Shown piece after piece: positions 11,905 through 24,142 of a DNA stretch of 64,000 nucleotides. How positions within the stretch are numbered: the stretch's first letter is position 1; every line of letters begins with the position of its first letter. Under the pieces are notes generated by a model, which did not search any database, was not told the origin of the DNA, and worked only from the letters and a program-made list of their open reading frames with translations. Source of the DNA: Octopus sinensis. Lineage: Eukaryota. The DNA is taken from assembly GCF_006345805.1 (NCBI RefSeq), contig NC_043001.1, positions 50,654,001-50,718,000 on the forward strand, given 5' to 3'. The position numbers were made by a program, and so were the translations under genes.

Positions 11905-12114
11905 CCCTTTCATTACCAACCCGGCTGAAACCAGCTCTGGCTCTGAGTACAAACGTGTTGATTTCAAAAGTTCTGAATTGAAATCTTCCACCAAACCTTA
12001 GTCATAATTTATGTTCCTAACACAAGCTAAGTTATTTTTCTAAATTCTTTGTTATATCTAAAAGTAATTGAAAGAAACACAGAGCATCTCAAAATAAATA
12101 CAGTAATGAAAGGG
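11905..12114. mobile_element. piggyBac-type MITE
   Basis: TTAA at 11901-11904 and 12115-12118; perfect 12-bp TIR CCCTTTCATTAC / GTAATGAAAGGG. Confidence 0.85.
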
Positions 12115-12448
12115 TTAACTCGACTGGATGACTCAACTCTCAAGTTCCATTTGTAGACTATCAGCATGAAGAGGAAACTTGCCTCTGTGTTGAGAGCAAC
12201 TGATGTTTTGTGCAGTTAACTCTAGTTGTTCCTGAACTGTTTCAGCTGCCTATGTAGTTATGAGAAGACATAGACACCTTTTCAATCTTCATGCCCATGG
12301 TCAAGCAGGACATTGAAGATGTGGAAACTAGGGGAAGAGAGGGCCGTATTCAATTAACTTAACCTATGGCCAGAAGTAAGCCTTATTTAAAGGTGACCAT
12401 CATATAATCTTGTTATAGCACTTTCATAATGTATGTACAGCTTTTTAG

Positions 12449-12539
12449 GGATCCAACAGTTAACACTGCTGGAGGAGGAGGAGGAAGACAGAAGAAGCAG
12501 TATATTATATTATTCAATTGGATATTTTTATACAAGCAA
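12449..12539 (+). CDS. Candidate exon (IQQLTLLEEEEEDRRSS...)
   Basis: Acceptor ctttttag, donor CAA|gtaagg; open in phase 1. Confidence 0.22.
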
Positions 12540-13334
12540 GTAAGGAACACTGACATACCTGGAAAAGTTTTTCGTGGGGATTCTTAGGTTAGCAATTTAC
12601 AATTATCAAGAAGGAAATTATGATGAGCTAAAAAATGTAAATAGAATTTTAATAATTGTCATATAAATAATTTCCATTCTAGGGATATGAAAGTGACCCC
12701 TGTGCTAGTATTCATTAAATTGATTACATATTTTTACTGCAGTTTGTTGTTTTATCCAACCCTCTTGGTTTTAACTTGCAATATTTTACAGTAGACTTAA
12801 CTTTAGTTGATTTTTATCAAAATATCCTAAACAAGTTGTTATATCTTCATTTCCTATCTAATGATCATATGAGCTTTAATCAAATCACTTATAAGATTGC
12901 TTGAATTAAAAACTTATTGTTAAAAAAAATTAACAGGAAAGTAAACATACATTTTTGAATATTATAATATTACACTATTATATATATAAATAATAAATTA
13001 ATTATCAACTATAACACAACATATCTATTGGACAGCTGTTTCACTCTTACATTAGAATAAAAAACTAGAAAAAAAAAAACCAGCATAAAACTCAAGTAGT
13101 TGACTAGCTAATAACTAGGCCACAAAATATTGTCTAAGTGCGTCATATTTAAATACAAACATTTTTTTATGTGTTATTAAATGAGGAAGTAAAATATCTC
13201 CAGTGTACAGCACTACCAATGCAATATAGTCACTACACTGAATGCACACTGAAAAGGATCTAGATTTGAAACAATTGTTCCAATCAGATTAAAGTTAGTT
13301 CTGTTTAGATTTATACAATTTATATATATATATA

Positions 13335-13547
13335 TACTAGCTGACCCTGTGTCATCAAAAATGACAGCTAATTGTTGTATTATATATATAAATAAGATAT
13401 AAAATAAGGTACATAATAATCGCAGATACATTCAAATACTTTCCTTGTACATGCACACATACATATACTCAAACAGAGTTGAAATGCTGTTTGATTTTTC
13501 TTTTCTGTGTTGCATGTTCACCATCCCATTTCCATTTCAAAGACACA

Positions 13548-13580
<33 letters not shown>

Positions 13581-13830
13581 TCACATACCCCCTTTTTACA
13601 TACACACACATACTCACACAGAGTTGAAATACTAATTTTTTTTCAACCTGTCCATCCTTATTCATCTACCACCCCTTCCTTTCTCTATTGCTATTACTTT
13701 CTCTCACTCTCTCTCAGTCAGGGCCATTACTCTCACTACTTCTCCTTCACTGAATTACTATTTTCTCTTCTTTCCCTTCACTTATACTACTCTTTCTCCT
13801 ACTCTGTGACTTTGAACAAATATATATAGA
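13335..13830 (+). mobile_element. Possible Helitron/Helentron-like non-autonomous element
   Basis: Starts TATACTAGCTGACCC inside a TA tract; internal CA microsatellite; no TSD seen. Assignment from terminal resemblance only. Confidence 0.3.
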
Positions 13831-13831
13831 T

Positions 13832-14127
13832 ATATTGTATAAAGGATCGTGGGTAAGGCCACAAGAATGCAAGGTAAATCATAAGAAAACAAATATGTGA
13901 ATTAATGTAAACTTACCTTTTATTCAATATTTCAGGGTTATGACCCCATTTTCAAGAAATTTACGATTGTTGCCGATGTGCACGTCAGTTTCTTGAAAAT
14001 AGGGTCATAACCCTGAAATATTGAATACAAGGTAAGTCTACATTAATTCACATGTTTGTTTTCTTGTGATTTGCCTTGCATTTACTTTGCATTGTTTTGG
14101 CCTTACCCACAATCCTTTATGCAATAT
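13832..14127. repeat. 296-bp palindrome: two head-to-head Penelope-type terminal units
   Basis: Arms 13832-13959 and 13989-14127 are reverse complements with a few substitutions and one indel; 29-nt spacer. Confidence 0.9.
13990..14025 (+). ncRNA. Minimal type I hammerhead-like motif, U3-A8 variant (mirror copy 13923-13958, minus)
   Basis: TTC-TTGAAAA-T-AGGG tcataa CCCT-GAAAT-ATT-GAA: 3-bp stem I, 4-bp stem II, palindromic AATATT stem III. Confidence 0.5.
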
Positions 14128-14393
14128 CTTCTTCACAATGCTTCATAGCAACTATTCCATTATAATATATATATATATATAATTTTTTTTTTCCGAATGA
14201 GATAAAAACCAAGGCTGATTTTAATCTTAATCTGAAAAAAAAATCTTTATATATACACATGCTGATATATGACCTACGTTGGACTCCTTATTCACATAAT
14301 CACCGAACCTGGAACTTAACTATGGTCTATCCATAGCACTTACTTAGCATTACCTGATAACTTTAGGTCTTACTGACACCATTACCTCTCATA

Positions 14394-14489
<96 letters not shown>

Positions 14490-14529
14490 ATATACACAAA
14501 TATATAAAAATACTACACTCATTATTATA

Positions 14530-14774
14530 TTAGGATATATATATATATATTCTTTTATTCTTTATTCTTTTACTTGTTTCAGTCATTTGATGGTGGCTAT
14601 ACTAGAGCACCACCTTAAAGAGTTTTTTAGTTGAAGAAATCAACCCCAGTACTTAGTCTTTGTAAGCTTGGCAATTATTCCATTGATATCTTTTGCCGAA
14701 CTGCTTAGTTACAAGGACATAAACACACCAGCATTGGTTGTCAAGTGATGGTGGAAGGACAAACAGAGACACAT

Positions 14775-14807
<33 letters not shown>

Positions 14808-15170
14808 AATACACTCACACATACACACACACACAAAGTGAGTGGACAAATGAAAGAAGGGCACTCAACACATTTATTGGGAGTTAATGTAACCCCCAAT
14901 AAATGAATAAATAAATAAATATATACACACACACACACACATACACACACACACACACACATATATATATACACACACACACACTCATATATATATATAT
15001 ATATATATATATTACCGATGGGCTTCTTTCAGTTTCCATCTACCAAACCCACTCACAAGGCTTTGGTTTGCTCAAGGCTATAGTAGAAGATGCTTGCCCA
15101 AGTTGCCATGCAGTGGGACTGAACCTGGAACCATGTGCTTGGGAAGCAAGCTTCTTGTCATGCCTTATGT
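14530..15170 (-). mobile_element. Family A SINE
   Basis: Tail, 260-bp CA/TA microsatellite, central domain and head. Confidence 0.8.
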
Positions 15171-15292
15171 TTTTCAACTGGTTTCAGCCCTGGGCTGTGA
15201 CCATGCTGGGTCTCAGTCTTCAACAGTTTAATCAATCATATCAACTGCCACCCATTACTTCCATCAATGCAATATTTGTTTCATTGATCATT

Positions 15293-15850
15293 GATCATCA
15301 TCATCCTTTAATACCCATTTTCCATGCTGGCGTGGGTTGGACAGTTTGACTGAAAACTGGTAAGCTGGGGAACTGCACCAGGTTCCAATCTGATTCGGCA
15401 TGATTTTTGTATGATTGGATCCCCTTCCTAATGCCAGCCACTCCAAGAGTGTAGTGGGTGCTTTTTATGTGCCACCATCATGGGTGCCAATTATGTAACA
15501 CTGGCATCGGCCACAATCACAATCTCACTTGACTTGATGGGTCTTCTCAAACACAGCGTATTGCCAAAGATCTTGGTCACTTGTCACTACCTTGATGAGG
15601 CACAATGTTTAAAGGGTGCTTTTATGTGTCACCAACACAAGTGCCAGTTAGATGAAACTGGCATCAACCATTCTCAAGCACAGCATATTGTCCAACATTC
15701 AAAGGGAGCCTTTTATGTGCCACTGGCAGGGATGCCCGTTATGCAACACTGGCATCAGCCACAATTATGATTTCTCTTGACCTGACAGGTCTTCTCAAGC
15801 ACAGCATATTGCCAAAGGCCTCGGTCACTTGACATTGCTTCTGTGAGCCA
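15293..15850 (-). mobile_element. Old RTE LINE 3'UTR fragment
   Basis: (ATC)n then rc of the RTE tail and degenerate internal repeats. Confidence 0.7.
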
Positions 15851-15894
15851 TAAAAACATAAACACACACACACATAAACGTGCACTTATATATG

Positions 15895-16119
15895 TTCAAG
15901 CATGGCTGTGTGATTCAGAAGGGTGATTCAGAAGCACATGGTTAGAGGTTCAGTCCCACTGTGTGGACACTGTTGGCTAGTGTTCTTTACTATAGCCCTA
16001 TAGCCACAGCTTAACCAGTAACTTGTGAGTGAAAATGGAAGAAGCACCGCAGCCTTCTGGCTTTCCAGACCCCAGTCGAACCGTCCAACCCATGCTAGCA
16101 TGGAAAACGGACGTAAAAC

Positions 16120-16155
<36 letters not shown>
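15895..16155 (+). mobile_element. Chimera: family A SINE head fused to RTE 3' tail
   Basis: Head/central domain to ...GGAAGAAGC (about 16043), then CCGCAGCCTTCTGGCTTTCCAGACCCC...(GAT)n. Confidence 0.65.
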
Positions 16156-16156
<1 letters not shown>

Positions 16157-16179
16157 GTATATGTGTGTATATTATATAT

Positions 16180-16405
16180 CTTTTATCTTTTACTTGTTTC
16201 AGTCATTAGCCATGTTGGGACACCACCTTGAAGAAATTTTAGTTGAATGAATCAATCCTCCATGACTTAGAATTTCTTTGCTAAACCTGGTACTTATTCT
16301 ATTTGTCACTTTTGCTGAATCACTAATCTATAGGGATGTAAACACACCAACATTGGTTGTCAAGCAGTGGTGGGGGAACAAACACAGAGACAAAGACACA
16401 TACAT

Positions 16406-16443
<38 letters not shown>

Positions 16444-16645
16444 ACACATGCACACACATACACACATGCACACACATATATATGACAGGTTTCTTCCAGT
16501 TTCCATCTGACAAATATCTATTCACAAGGCTTTCATAGGCCTGAGGCTATATAGTGGCCCAAGGTGCCATGCAGTGGAACTGAACCTGGAACCATGTGGT
16601 CAGGATGCAAGCTTCTAACCACACAGCCATGCCTGCACCTATATA
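16180..16645 (-). mobile_element. Family A SINE
   Basis: Tail, CA microsatellite, central domain and head. Confidence 0.8.
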
Positions 16646-16879
16646 TTGATATATATATATATCTACCATAATTTCTACCATTATTGAGTAATCTTATAGT
16701 TCTTATTAGAAAGAAAACTCATAAAACTTATGTACCATGTTCTTTAACTTGTAATTTTGATATTTAATAACCACAAATGAGATTGTTATGGCGAATTGAA
16801 AAATAGATATATTATTTATTGAAGGCCAATTTCAAGACAATAAGCCTTACGAAGGAGATGACTAAAGATTGAGATATCT

Positions 16880-17163
16880 GGCACACTGCTGTACTCAAGA
16901 AAACCTGTTCACCACAGCAGAATTGATACTGGACTGGTGTCACATAAAAAAGCACTCATGCTAGAGCCACGTTAAAAGTACTGGTGCCTCATAAAAAGCA
17001 CCCAGTGCACTTTGTAAAGTGGTTGGCATTAGGAAGGGCACCCAGCCATAGAAACCATGACAGAACAGACAATGGAGCCTGGTGCAGCCCCTGACCTCAC
17101 CAGCTGTGGTCAAACTATCCAACCCATTTAGCATGGAAAATGAATATGAATATGAATATGATA

Positions 17164-17195
<32 letters not shown>
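16880..17195 (+). mobile_element. Old RTE LINE 3'UTR fragment
   Basis: GGCATTAGGAAGGGCACCCAGCC...(GAT)n. Confidence 0.7.
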
Positions 17196-17226
17196 ACATT
17201 CTGATAGTAAACTTTTCTTTCTGTTG

Positions 17227-17278
<52 letters not shown>

Positions 17279-17879
17279 CAATTATTTTTCAATTATACAA
17301 TTATTTTTCAAACTGGTGTGTACACATACTAATTTAGAAATTAAGTATTTTCCTTCTTATGACACTAATATTTTTAGAATAAAAACACTGTAAAAGTTAG
17401 TTACAAGACATCCTGAACTTGCTAACATATCGACCTTGTAGCAACCTTTCTAATAAACTGTATCATCCCTTTTATTATTTGATTGCCCATTCTCCACTCT
17501 AATCTTAGCTTTCCCCTTTTCCAACCTCTCTACTAACCTATTTGCTTAATATGATTCTTGACCTCTCGATAATTCAAACACCTAAAGGGTTTTCTGAATA
17601 TTTTGAATGGAGCTTACTTAATAATACAGCTTAATTTATTTAATTTACTGAAATTCTTAACTAACAGTAAACCCTATTTCACATATCTCATTCTTTTGAT
17701 GAAAGTTTCCTCCATATATATAAACAGAAGTAGTTAGTTTCTTTCACTGGTTGAGAGAAACATAAATAGATAAAGAAGGACATTGCTGAATGCGGAAGAG
17801 ATCTGGGAGGCTGCTGAAAAGTTCTGAAAGGAAAGAGTGCAGCGGAGGGCAGTTAAGAGGAAAATTATTAAACAACCTT

Positions 17880-18740
17880 TACTACTTTCTTTTCCTTCTC
17901 AGATGTGCTCAACTGCTAGAAGGTTGCAAATTTACCGGCTATGTTGTTGTATTGTTTAAGAGCAATATTAAAAGACCTTGGATATGAATGAAGAGTTGCA
18001 AGAAAGAAGCCAATGATTTCAAAACCTAATAGGACCAAATGGTTCAGCTAGACTAAAGAGTTCTGCAACAAGAAAAACAAGTTTTGGTCATCGATATTAT
18101 GGTCTGACAAAAGCAAATTTTGCCACTTTTTCTATTCAAACTAGATATATATGTGGTGCAACAAAACTGAAACATGGAAGCCAGATAATTTGCAAGGAAC
18201 AGTTAAACATAGAGGAATAACAATCATTGTATAGGGGAGGAAAGTATGGGTGACAGACAGGTCAGAGTTCATGTTGATGAAAATTATCTAAATGGCCCCC
18301 AAAACATTCAAATAGTGAAAAAGAGTCTAATTTTAAGAAAATCAGTCTTTTTTAAGAAGATGCAGCCTTGTGTCACAGCAAGGTTTCACAACTTGGAAAA
18401 GAATTCACTGAACTGAATCTCTGAAATGGGATACTCAAAAGCCTCTAATATTAATCCAATTGAACATTAAGGGAACATCTTAACAAAAGGTTGTGATTAA
18501 GATTACTGAATATGATAACAACTGCAGAGCTGGAAGAAACATCAAGTGAAGAGTGAATTAAACATGGGTTAGTTTGTCATTAATACTACTAATTTAATCA
18601 AAACCCTGCCTCATCAGGAGAAATCCATAATATTAGCTACAGGAGCTTCTACAAAATACTGAGACAAACATTTATTCATTTTCAAGTTAAGTTTAAGTTG
18701 CATTTATTAGCCCATTTATAAAAGTCGTTGTTAACTACTG
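17880..18740 (+). mobile_element. Degenerate Tc1-like transposase relic
   Basis: Fragments across frameshifts: LWSDKSKF, TVKHRG.TIIV*G, DAALCH, INPIEH (SPDLNPIE-like). Confidence 0.6.
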
Positions 18741-19170
18741 TACACATGCACACACATACGCATACACACATGCACACACACACATGCGCACGCATGAACA
18801 TATGCACACACACACACGCAGACAGACATTCAACTTTTTCTAGTTGAGAAGTCAGGAGTTTTATGACAAGGTACTTGTCAAGCTAGTCTGACAAGCTTGA
18901 CAAGTGTCTTGACACAGAACTCTCATCATACATATTCTCAGCTAAAACAAAATGACATAAATCTTTGCTTCTAAAATAGACATAATAGCATACAAAAGGG
19001 TTTTCTGAATATTTTGAATGGAGCATACTTAATAATACAACAGTGTGAAAAGAATAATTTTAATTTTATTCTATGTTCAATTCAATATCTAGCGTGAAAA
19101 TCTTTGTGTATGTGCAAGTGTGTGTGTGTGTGTGTGTTTGTACATGTACATACATACATACATACATACA

Positions 19171-19206
<36 letters not shown>

Positions 19207-19210
19207 TATA

Positions 19211-19250
<40 letters not shown>

Positions 19251-19535
19251 CACATTTGTTGTTGAAAATGCACCTAAATTTGGAAAACTTGTAATTGTTT
19301 AAAATACATTTATTTACATATTTATCATTTCCATCCCAAATTTTGGGAATGAAGTGGTGCATATGTAAATAAATATATTTTAAACAATTACAAATTTTCA
19401 AAATTTAGGTACATTTTCAACAACAAATTTGCCTATATTTTTCCCTGCGTGGAAACACTCACCTCTTTTTTATTATATATATATATATATTTTGTTATAT
19501 ATATGTATATATATGTATGTATGTATGTATATATA

Positions 19536-20399
19536 CAGGGTGTCCCAGAAGTCACTCTACACTTTCTTTCTTCTATTTTGTTTCAGAGTGTCATTTGGAG
19601 AGATGTGAGGCCATCAGCATTTGACACCTTAGGCTTTGCAGTTTTTGTAATTGCATCATTCCCTTGCCCATGGCACACCATACCACCAGCCTCAGAGAGT
19701 CTCGTTCAAGTTCAAGAATTTCTGCTGCTTTTAATTTTTCCCAAATTTGACAATTGTGTCAGTTTATCTAACTAGAGAGATAAAAGACAGACTAATCGCT
19801 GAACTATATATTTTGTAGGAGTTGTGAGTCATTTTGTTTAATGGTGTTGGAGTGATTCTCACATTTCCACATGAGCATCATGATCTTTTGCTTGATCCTT
19901 TGAACAACCTGAAGTCAGTACAGGTAGAGCTTTATCACTCTCCGAAGCATCTGCTAAATTGAGCTTTTGTTGATGCTAAGTTTCAGTGCAGCCCTACGTA
20001 TGGACTTTCCCTGGCTTTTCGTGAACGCCTGTTCCAGGAGCTTGGTGCTTTTATCAGTGGTGGTAGTAGCAGGCGATCTGCTGCATGGTTTGTGAAGAAC
20101 AGATCCTGCTTTGAGAAACTTGCTATGAACAGCATAAATTGTGCAATGCGTTGGAACAGTGTGATGGCCATAAACCTTCTCAAACTTGCGCTGCAGTAGG
20201 GGACTGAAAAACTTCTTGCCAGGCAGCAATTATGTGATGCTGCTCTAATGTTAATTGGTGAGCCATGGGTAAGAGAACGATACACTTACAAAGACTGCAA
20301 AGCCTAAGGTGTCAAATGCTGATGGCCTCACGTATCTCTGAATGATACACGAAATGAAATAGAGAAAAGAAAGTGTATAGTGACTTTGTGGACACTTTG
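19536..20399 (-). mobile_element. Internally deleted DD41D(Visitor/rosa)-like transposon with about 115-bp TIRs
   Basis: TA+CAGGGTGTCCC...; TIRs 19536-19650 and 20286-20399; internal HTH fragment KFLKAGSVLHK.SRSP...QAFTKSQGKSIRRAALKL. Confidence 0.8.
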
Positions 20400-20619
20400 T
20401 GTAAATGAGTAACAAAAATGTATAAGTGTCAATTCATTATGGCAATTTCAAGTGACTCCTTTAACTGATCAATGAAGGCATTACATCATTACAAAGAAAC
20501 TGTTTTCATCAGATGACTGCATAGACATCAAGCATAAAGGACAAATTAGATATTTAAACATATTCACAATAGAGAGCAAATATTTACAATTATTCTATTA
20601 CTGCAGTCATCTGATGAAA

Positions 20620-22985
20620 ACAGTTTCTTTGTAATGAAGATAAGTTCTGCTTTTTGCGGGTCTTAACATGTCTTTTGAGGCCTCCGTGGGATTTGCAACC
20701 TTTCTGGCATACACAGCATTCAAAGGTGTGCAATGACATATAGGTAGAATAGTTGGTGGAGGTTCATTTTCCATGCATTCGCAGATGAGATTTGAGGCCA
20801 GCAAAAGACAGGCATGGTCTGTCACAGACTGCACACAAAAAGGTAATTGTCATTAACCTTCTTGATCATTACATTCTTCCTTAGATCTCTTTTGAGTCTT
20901 AGTTGCGTTATCCTGGCCTCTTCAAATGCTTTTACTCCTCTCCATACCTTTGTTCGCCATCCAACTCAACCCAAAGCAAGAGTTTCTATGTCTTCTGGAA
21001 CCATTCCAAGTGACTCCATAGTAGTCCTTATGCCGTCCTTAAAACCTTTTTTTAGGTTTACGCCAATAGCGTTTCCCCTCTGCAGGTTCACTATAAAACA
21101 GCTGTTTTGGCATGTGTTCATCTGCCATTCGAACAATATGGCCACACCATCTCAATTGGTTCCTCAAAATCATAGCTTTAATTGAGGTGATGCCTGCAGA
21201 TGCAAGGACATCTGTGTTTGGACTAAAAGAGTTCATTTAATTTTTAAAATGCGATGAAGGCATTTTTAGTGGAATTGTTCTAACAGTTTAAAATGCCTTT
21301 CATAACAAGTCCAAGTTCACAGGAATACAACAGGGATGGTAAGACAAATGATTTGTGAAGAGCCAGCTTTGTATTCTTATTTATATGTCACTTGCACCAA
21401 ATGCGTGACTCTAAGCCATCAAATGCTTTTGCTGCCCTTTGAATTCGCAGCTGCATTTCTGTATCAAGATTTCCATCATTTTGAAGAGAGCTTCCAAGGT
21501 AGTCGAATGAATTGACAACCTCAAGTAACTTTCCCTTAAGAAAAATTTTAGTGGGGTTACAAACAGCACCACACACAGGTTGATGCATTATAACCGATTT
21601 TTTCAAAATCATCACAAGCTGAGTCAAATGCAGATACAAGAGATTGCAGACCTGTTTCAGAACGACTGACAAGACTGCAATCGTCAGCAGACAAAAGTTC
21701 CCTAATGAGTGAAGTAAAAATATTTGTTTTGAATTTCAGTCTGGTCAGATTAAAAACATTCCCTGTTGTTCGATATTTTTGTAAATACCTTCCTCAGAGT
21801 TTTGAAAAGCATGTGACAACACAACATATTGCAAAGAGTGTGGGTGCATCAAGGTCTCCTTGCTTTACTCCATTTTCCATAACAAAAGATTCAGAGAGAC
21901 TACCACCAAAATTAACTCTACCTTTCATATCTTGATGCAAAGCCCTGACCATGTTTACAAATTTTTCTGGGCAACCTGTTTTCCTTAGAATTAGCCACAG
22001 AGCATTTCGATTAACAGTATCAAATGCTTTGCCCAAACCAACAAAGCACTGGTATAGAGCAAGATTCTGTTCAATGCACTTTTCTTGTAATAGTCTGACA
22101 GTAAAGATCCTGGAGGAATGAAAACCACACTGAGACTCAGACACTATATTTGGAACTATAAAAGTATTTAAATGTTCTAACAAAATGCAGGCAAGTACCT
22201 TTCCAACCACAGACAAAAGTGAAATCCCACAAAAATTACCTCACAGATCCTTTGGCCCCGATTTATGCAAGGAGACTAAAATGGCATCAATCCAGTCTTG
22301 AGGCACTTTCTCAGTTCTCCAAAAGTGATAAATTAATACATTTAAGAGTTCAAACATTTTGTCACCCCCATATTTCAAGACTTCTGCACCGATTCCATCA
22401 GACCCTAGAGACTTATTGTTATTCAGCTTGTCCACAGCTAAATAAATGTCATTTACAGTTGGTTCAAATGCCATCTCTCTTATAATTGGAAAGTGTTCAA
22501 TTTTTTTCTATCATCCTCATGTCAACAGATGATGGTCTATTCAAAAGTGCAGAAAAATGTTCTACACAATGCTTATGAATAGAAGTGGTGTCAGTCAGAA
22601 GAAAACGTCCATTTCCTGTTCTCACTGGCGCTATTGAGGAAGATTTTGGGCATATACTTCCTCAGCATAAGAGTACAAACCCTTGGCATCATTTCTATCA
22701 GCTGCTTCTTGTGCCCCTTTTGTTCTATCATTCCACCATCCATGTTTAATTTTCTTTAGAGCAGTCTGCACTTTCCTTTTCAGCTTTCTGGAAGTTTTGT
22801 TTGAGTTGGGGTTCAAGGACTCAGAAAGAAGTGTATTGCCTAAACTTTGTTTTTCTAAAAGTAAATCATGAATTTCTGCTGATCTATTTGAAAACCAGTT
22901 ACTGGATTTATGGGATTTAAATCCTACTGACGAACTTGCAACCTGAAATACTTTTGTTTTGAAATCTTCCCATAGATTGTTTGGG
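20620..22985 (-). mobile_element. 5'-truncated RTE/BovB-like LINE, RT pseudogene
   Basis: Minus-strand peptides ESQCGF, KAFDTVNR, GVKQGDLDAPTLF, SADD (YADD), FDYLGS, QLRWCGHIVRMADEHMPKQLFY; many stops and frameshifts. Confidence 0.9.
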
Positions 22986-23290
22986 TCATTCCTTCCACTT
23001 TTGGAATCTCGGCTGGAAGTCATTTTCTATAAGTAAGTTGAGGATCTTCTGTGATTCACTCTGGATCTTGACAACAGTGTTAAAACAGCAATCTTTAAAC
23101 TACATTTTCATCTTGTGGAAGAGATGGAAGTCCACAGGAGCTAAATCTGACAAATAGGATAGGTGCAGAAGTGATACCATGTTTTTGGCAAGAAACTTAC
23201 AAGTGAGGAGAGCTGAGTGAAGAATCCAGTTTTTTGTGGTTGACAGATCAGGTTACTTTCATTGAATGTCTTTAGACAACTTGTCAGACT
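22985..23290 (-). mobile_element. Mariner transposase C-terminal fragment cut by the BovB-like LINE
   Basis: HLSYLSDLAPVDFHLFHKMK...ENDFQPRFQKWKE (YSPDLAP-D-FHLF). Confidence 0.65.
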
Positions 23291-23324
23291 CTAATGGCAG
23301 AGGACATATATGAGTGACTCTGTG

Positions 23325-23416
<92 letters not shown>

Positions 23417-23657
23417 ATGTATATATATATCTTACAGTAATATCAACACCAAGCAGTACTTGGGCATAAGCAAACTTTAGGTTAGTTAATGTGTGTGTGT
23501 GTGTATATCTCTATCTATCTATATATATATATATATATAATGTAGTAAAGCTTAAGTAAAGATAATGTTATAATAAAAACCTCACGTTTTAAGTAGATGA
23601 CCTTAAAATGCACCTGACAACCAGACTTCTTCTCAGATTGAAAAATGGCAAAATAAA

Positions 23658-23687
23658 TCAATATTTTGACCAGGAAACCCTGGGTAG
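23658..23687 (-). CDS. Candidate terminal coding exon (LPRVSWSKY*) of the minus-strand gene
   Basis: Acceptor ttgttaaatacag|CTA; phase 0 matches the 25467 donor; no nearby polyA signal seen. Confidence 0.3.
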   Translation of the reverse strand, partial: LPRVSWSKY

Positions 23688-24142
23688 CTGTATTTAACAA
23701 GACTTATGGCTTTTATTATGATCATGTGACTATGCTCTACAAATCAAATCCTATTCAAAACATAAACTAATTTGAGCCATGGACTCCCTATAAAAAATAG
23801 GGTAAGTTTCAAACACAAGACATAAACCATATCTTTCTATTTGAACTTTTTGAAAATCATGGTTGCAGTCTAATGATTGAAACAGATGAAAGATAAAAGA
23901 TACTATAATATAATATAATACGCACACACACACACACAGAAAGAAAATGTGAGAAAAAAAGGAAATTTTACTCTAGTACAGGACTCTTTGAATGCAATTT
24001 CAGCATTGGTTTGATTTTTGAACTCCTTCTCTCACAGGAAACCATCAAGGTGCTTGCAAAAATAGTAGTCGGTAGGAGAAAGGTCTGGGGAATAAGCTGA
24101 GTGGGGAAGAACTTCGTAGCCAAGTTCCCTCAACTTCTGGAG

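Noticed and set aside
20602-20637. CTGATGA inside the 36-bp inverted repeat as a hammerhead core
   Set aside because: No GAAA after the potential stem II.
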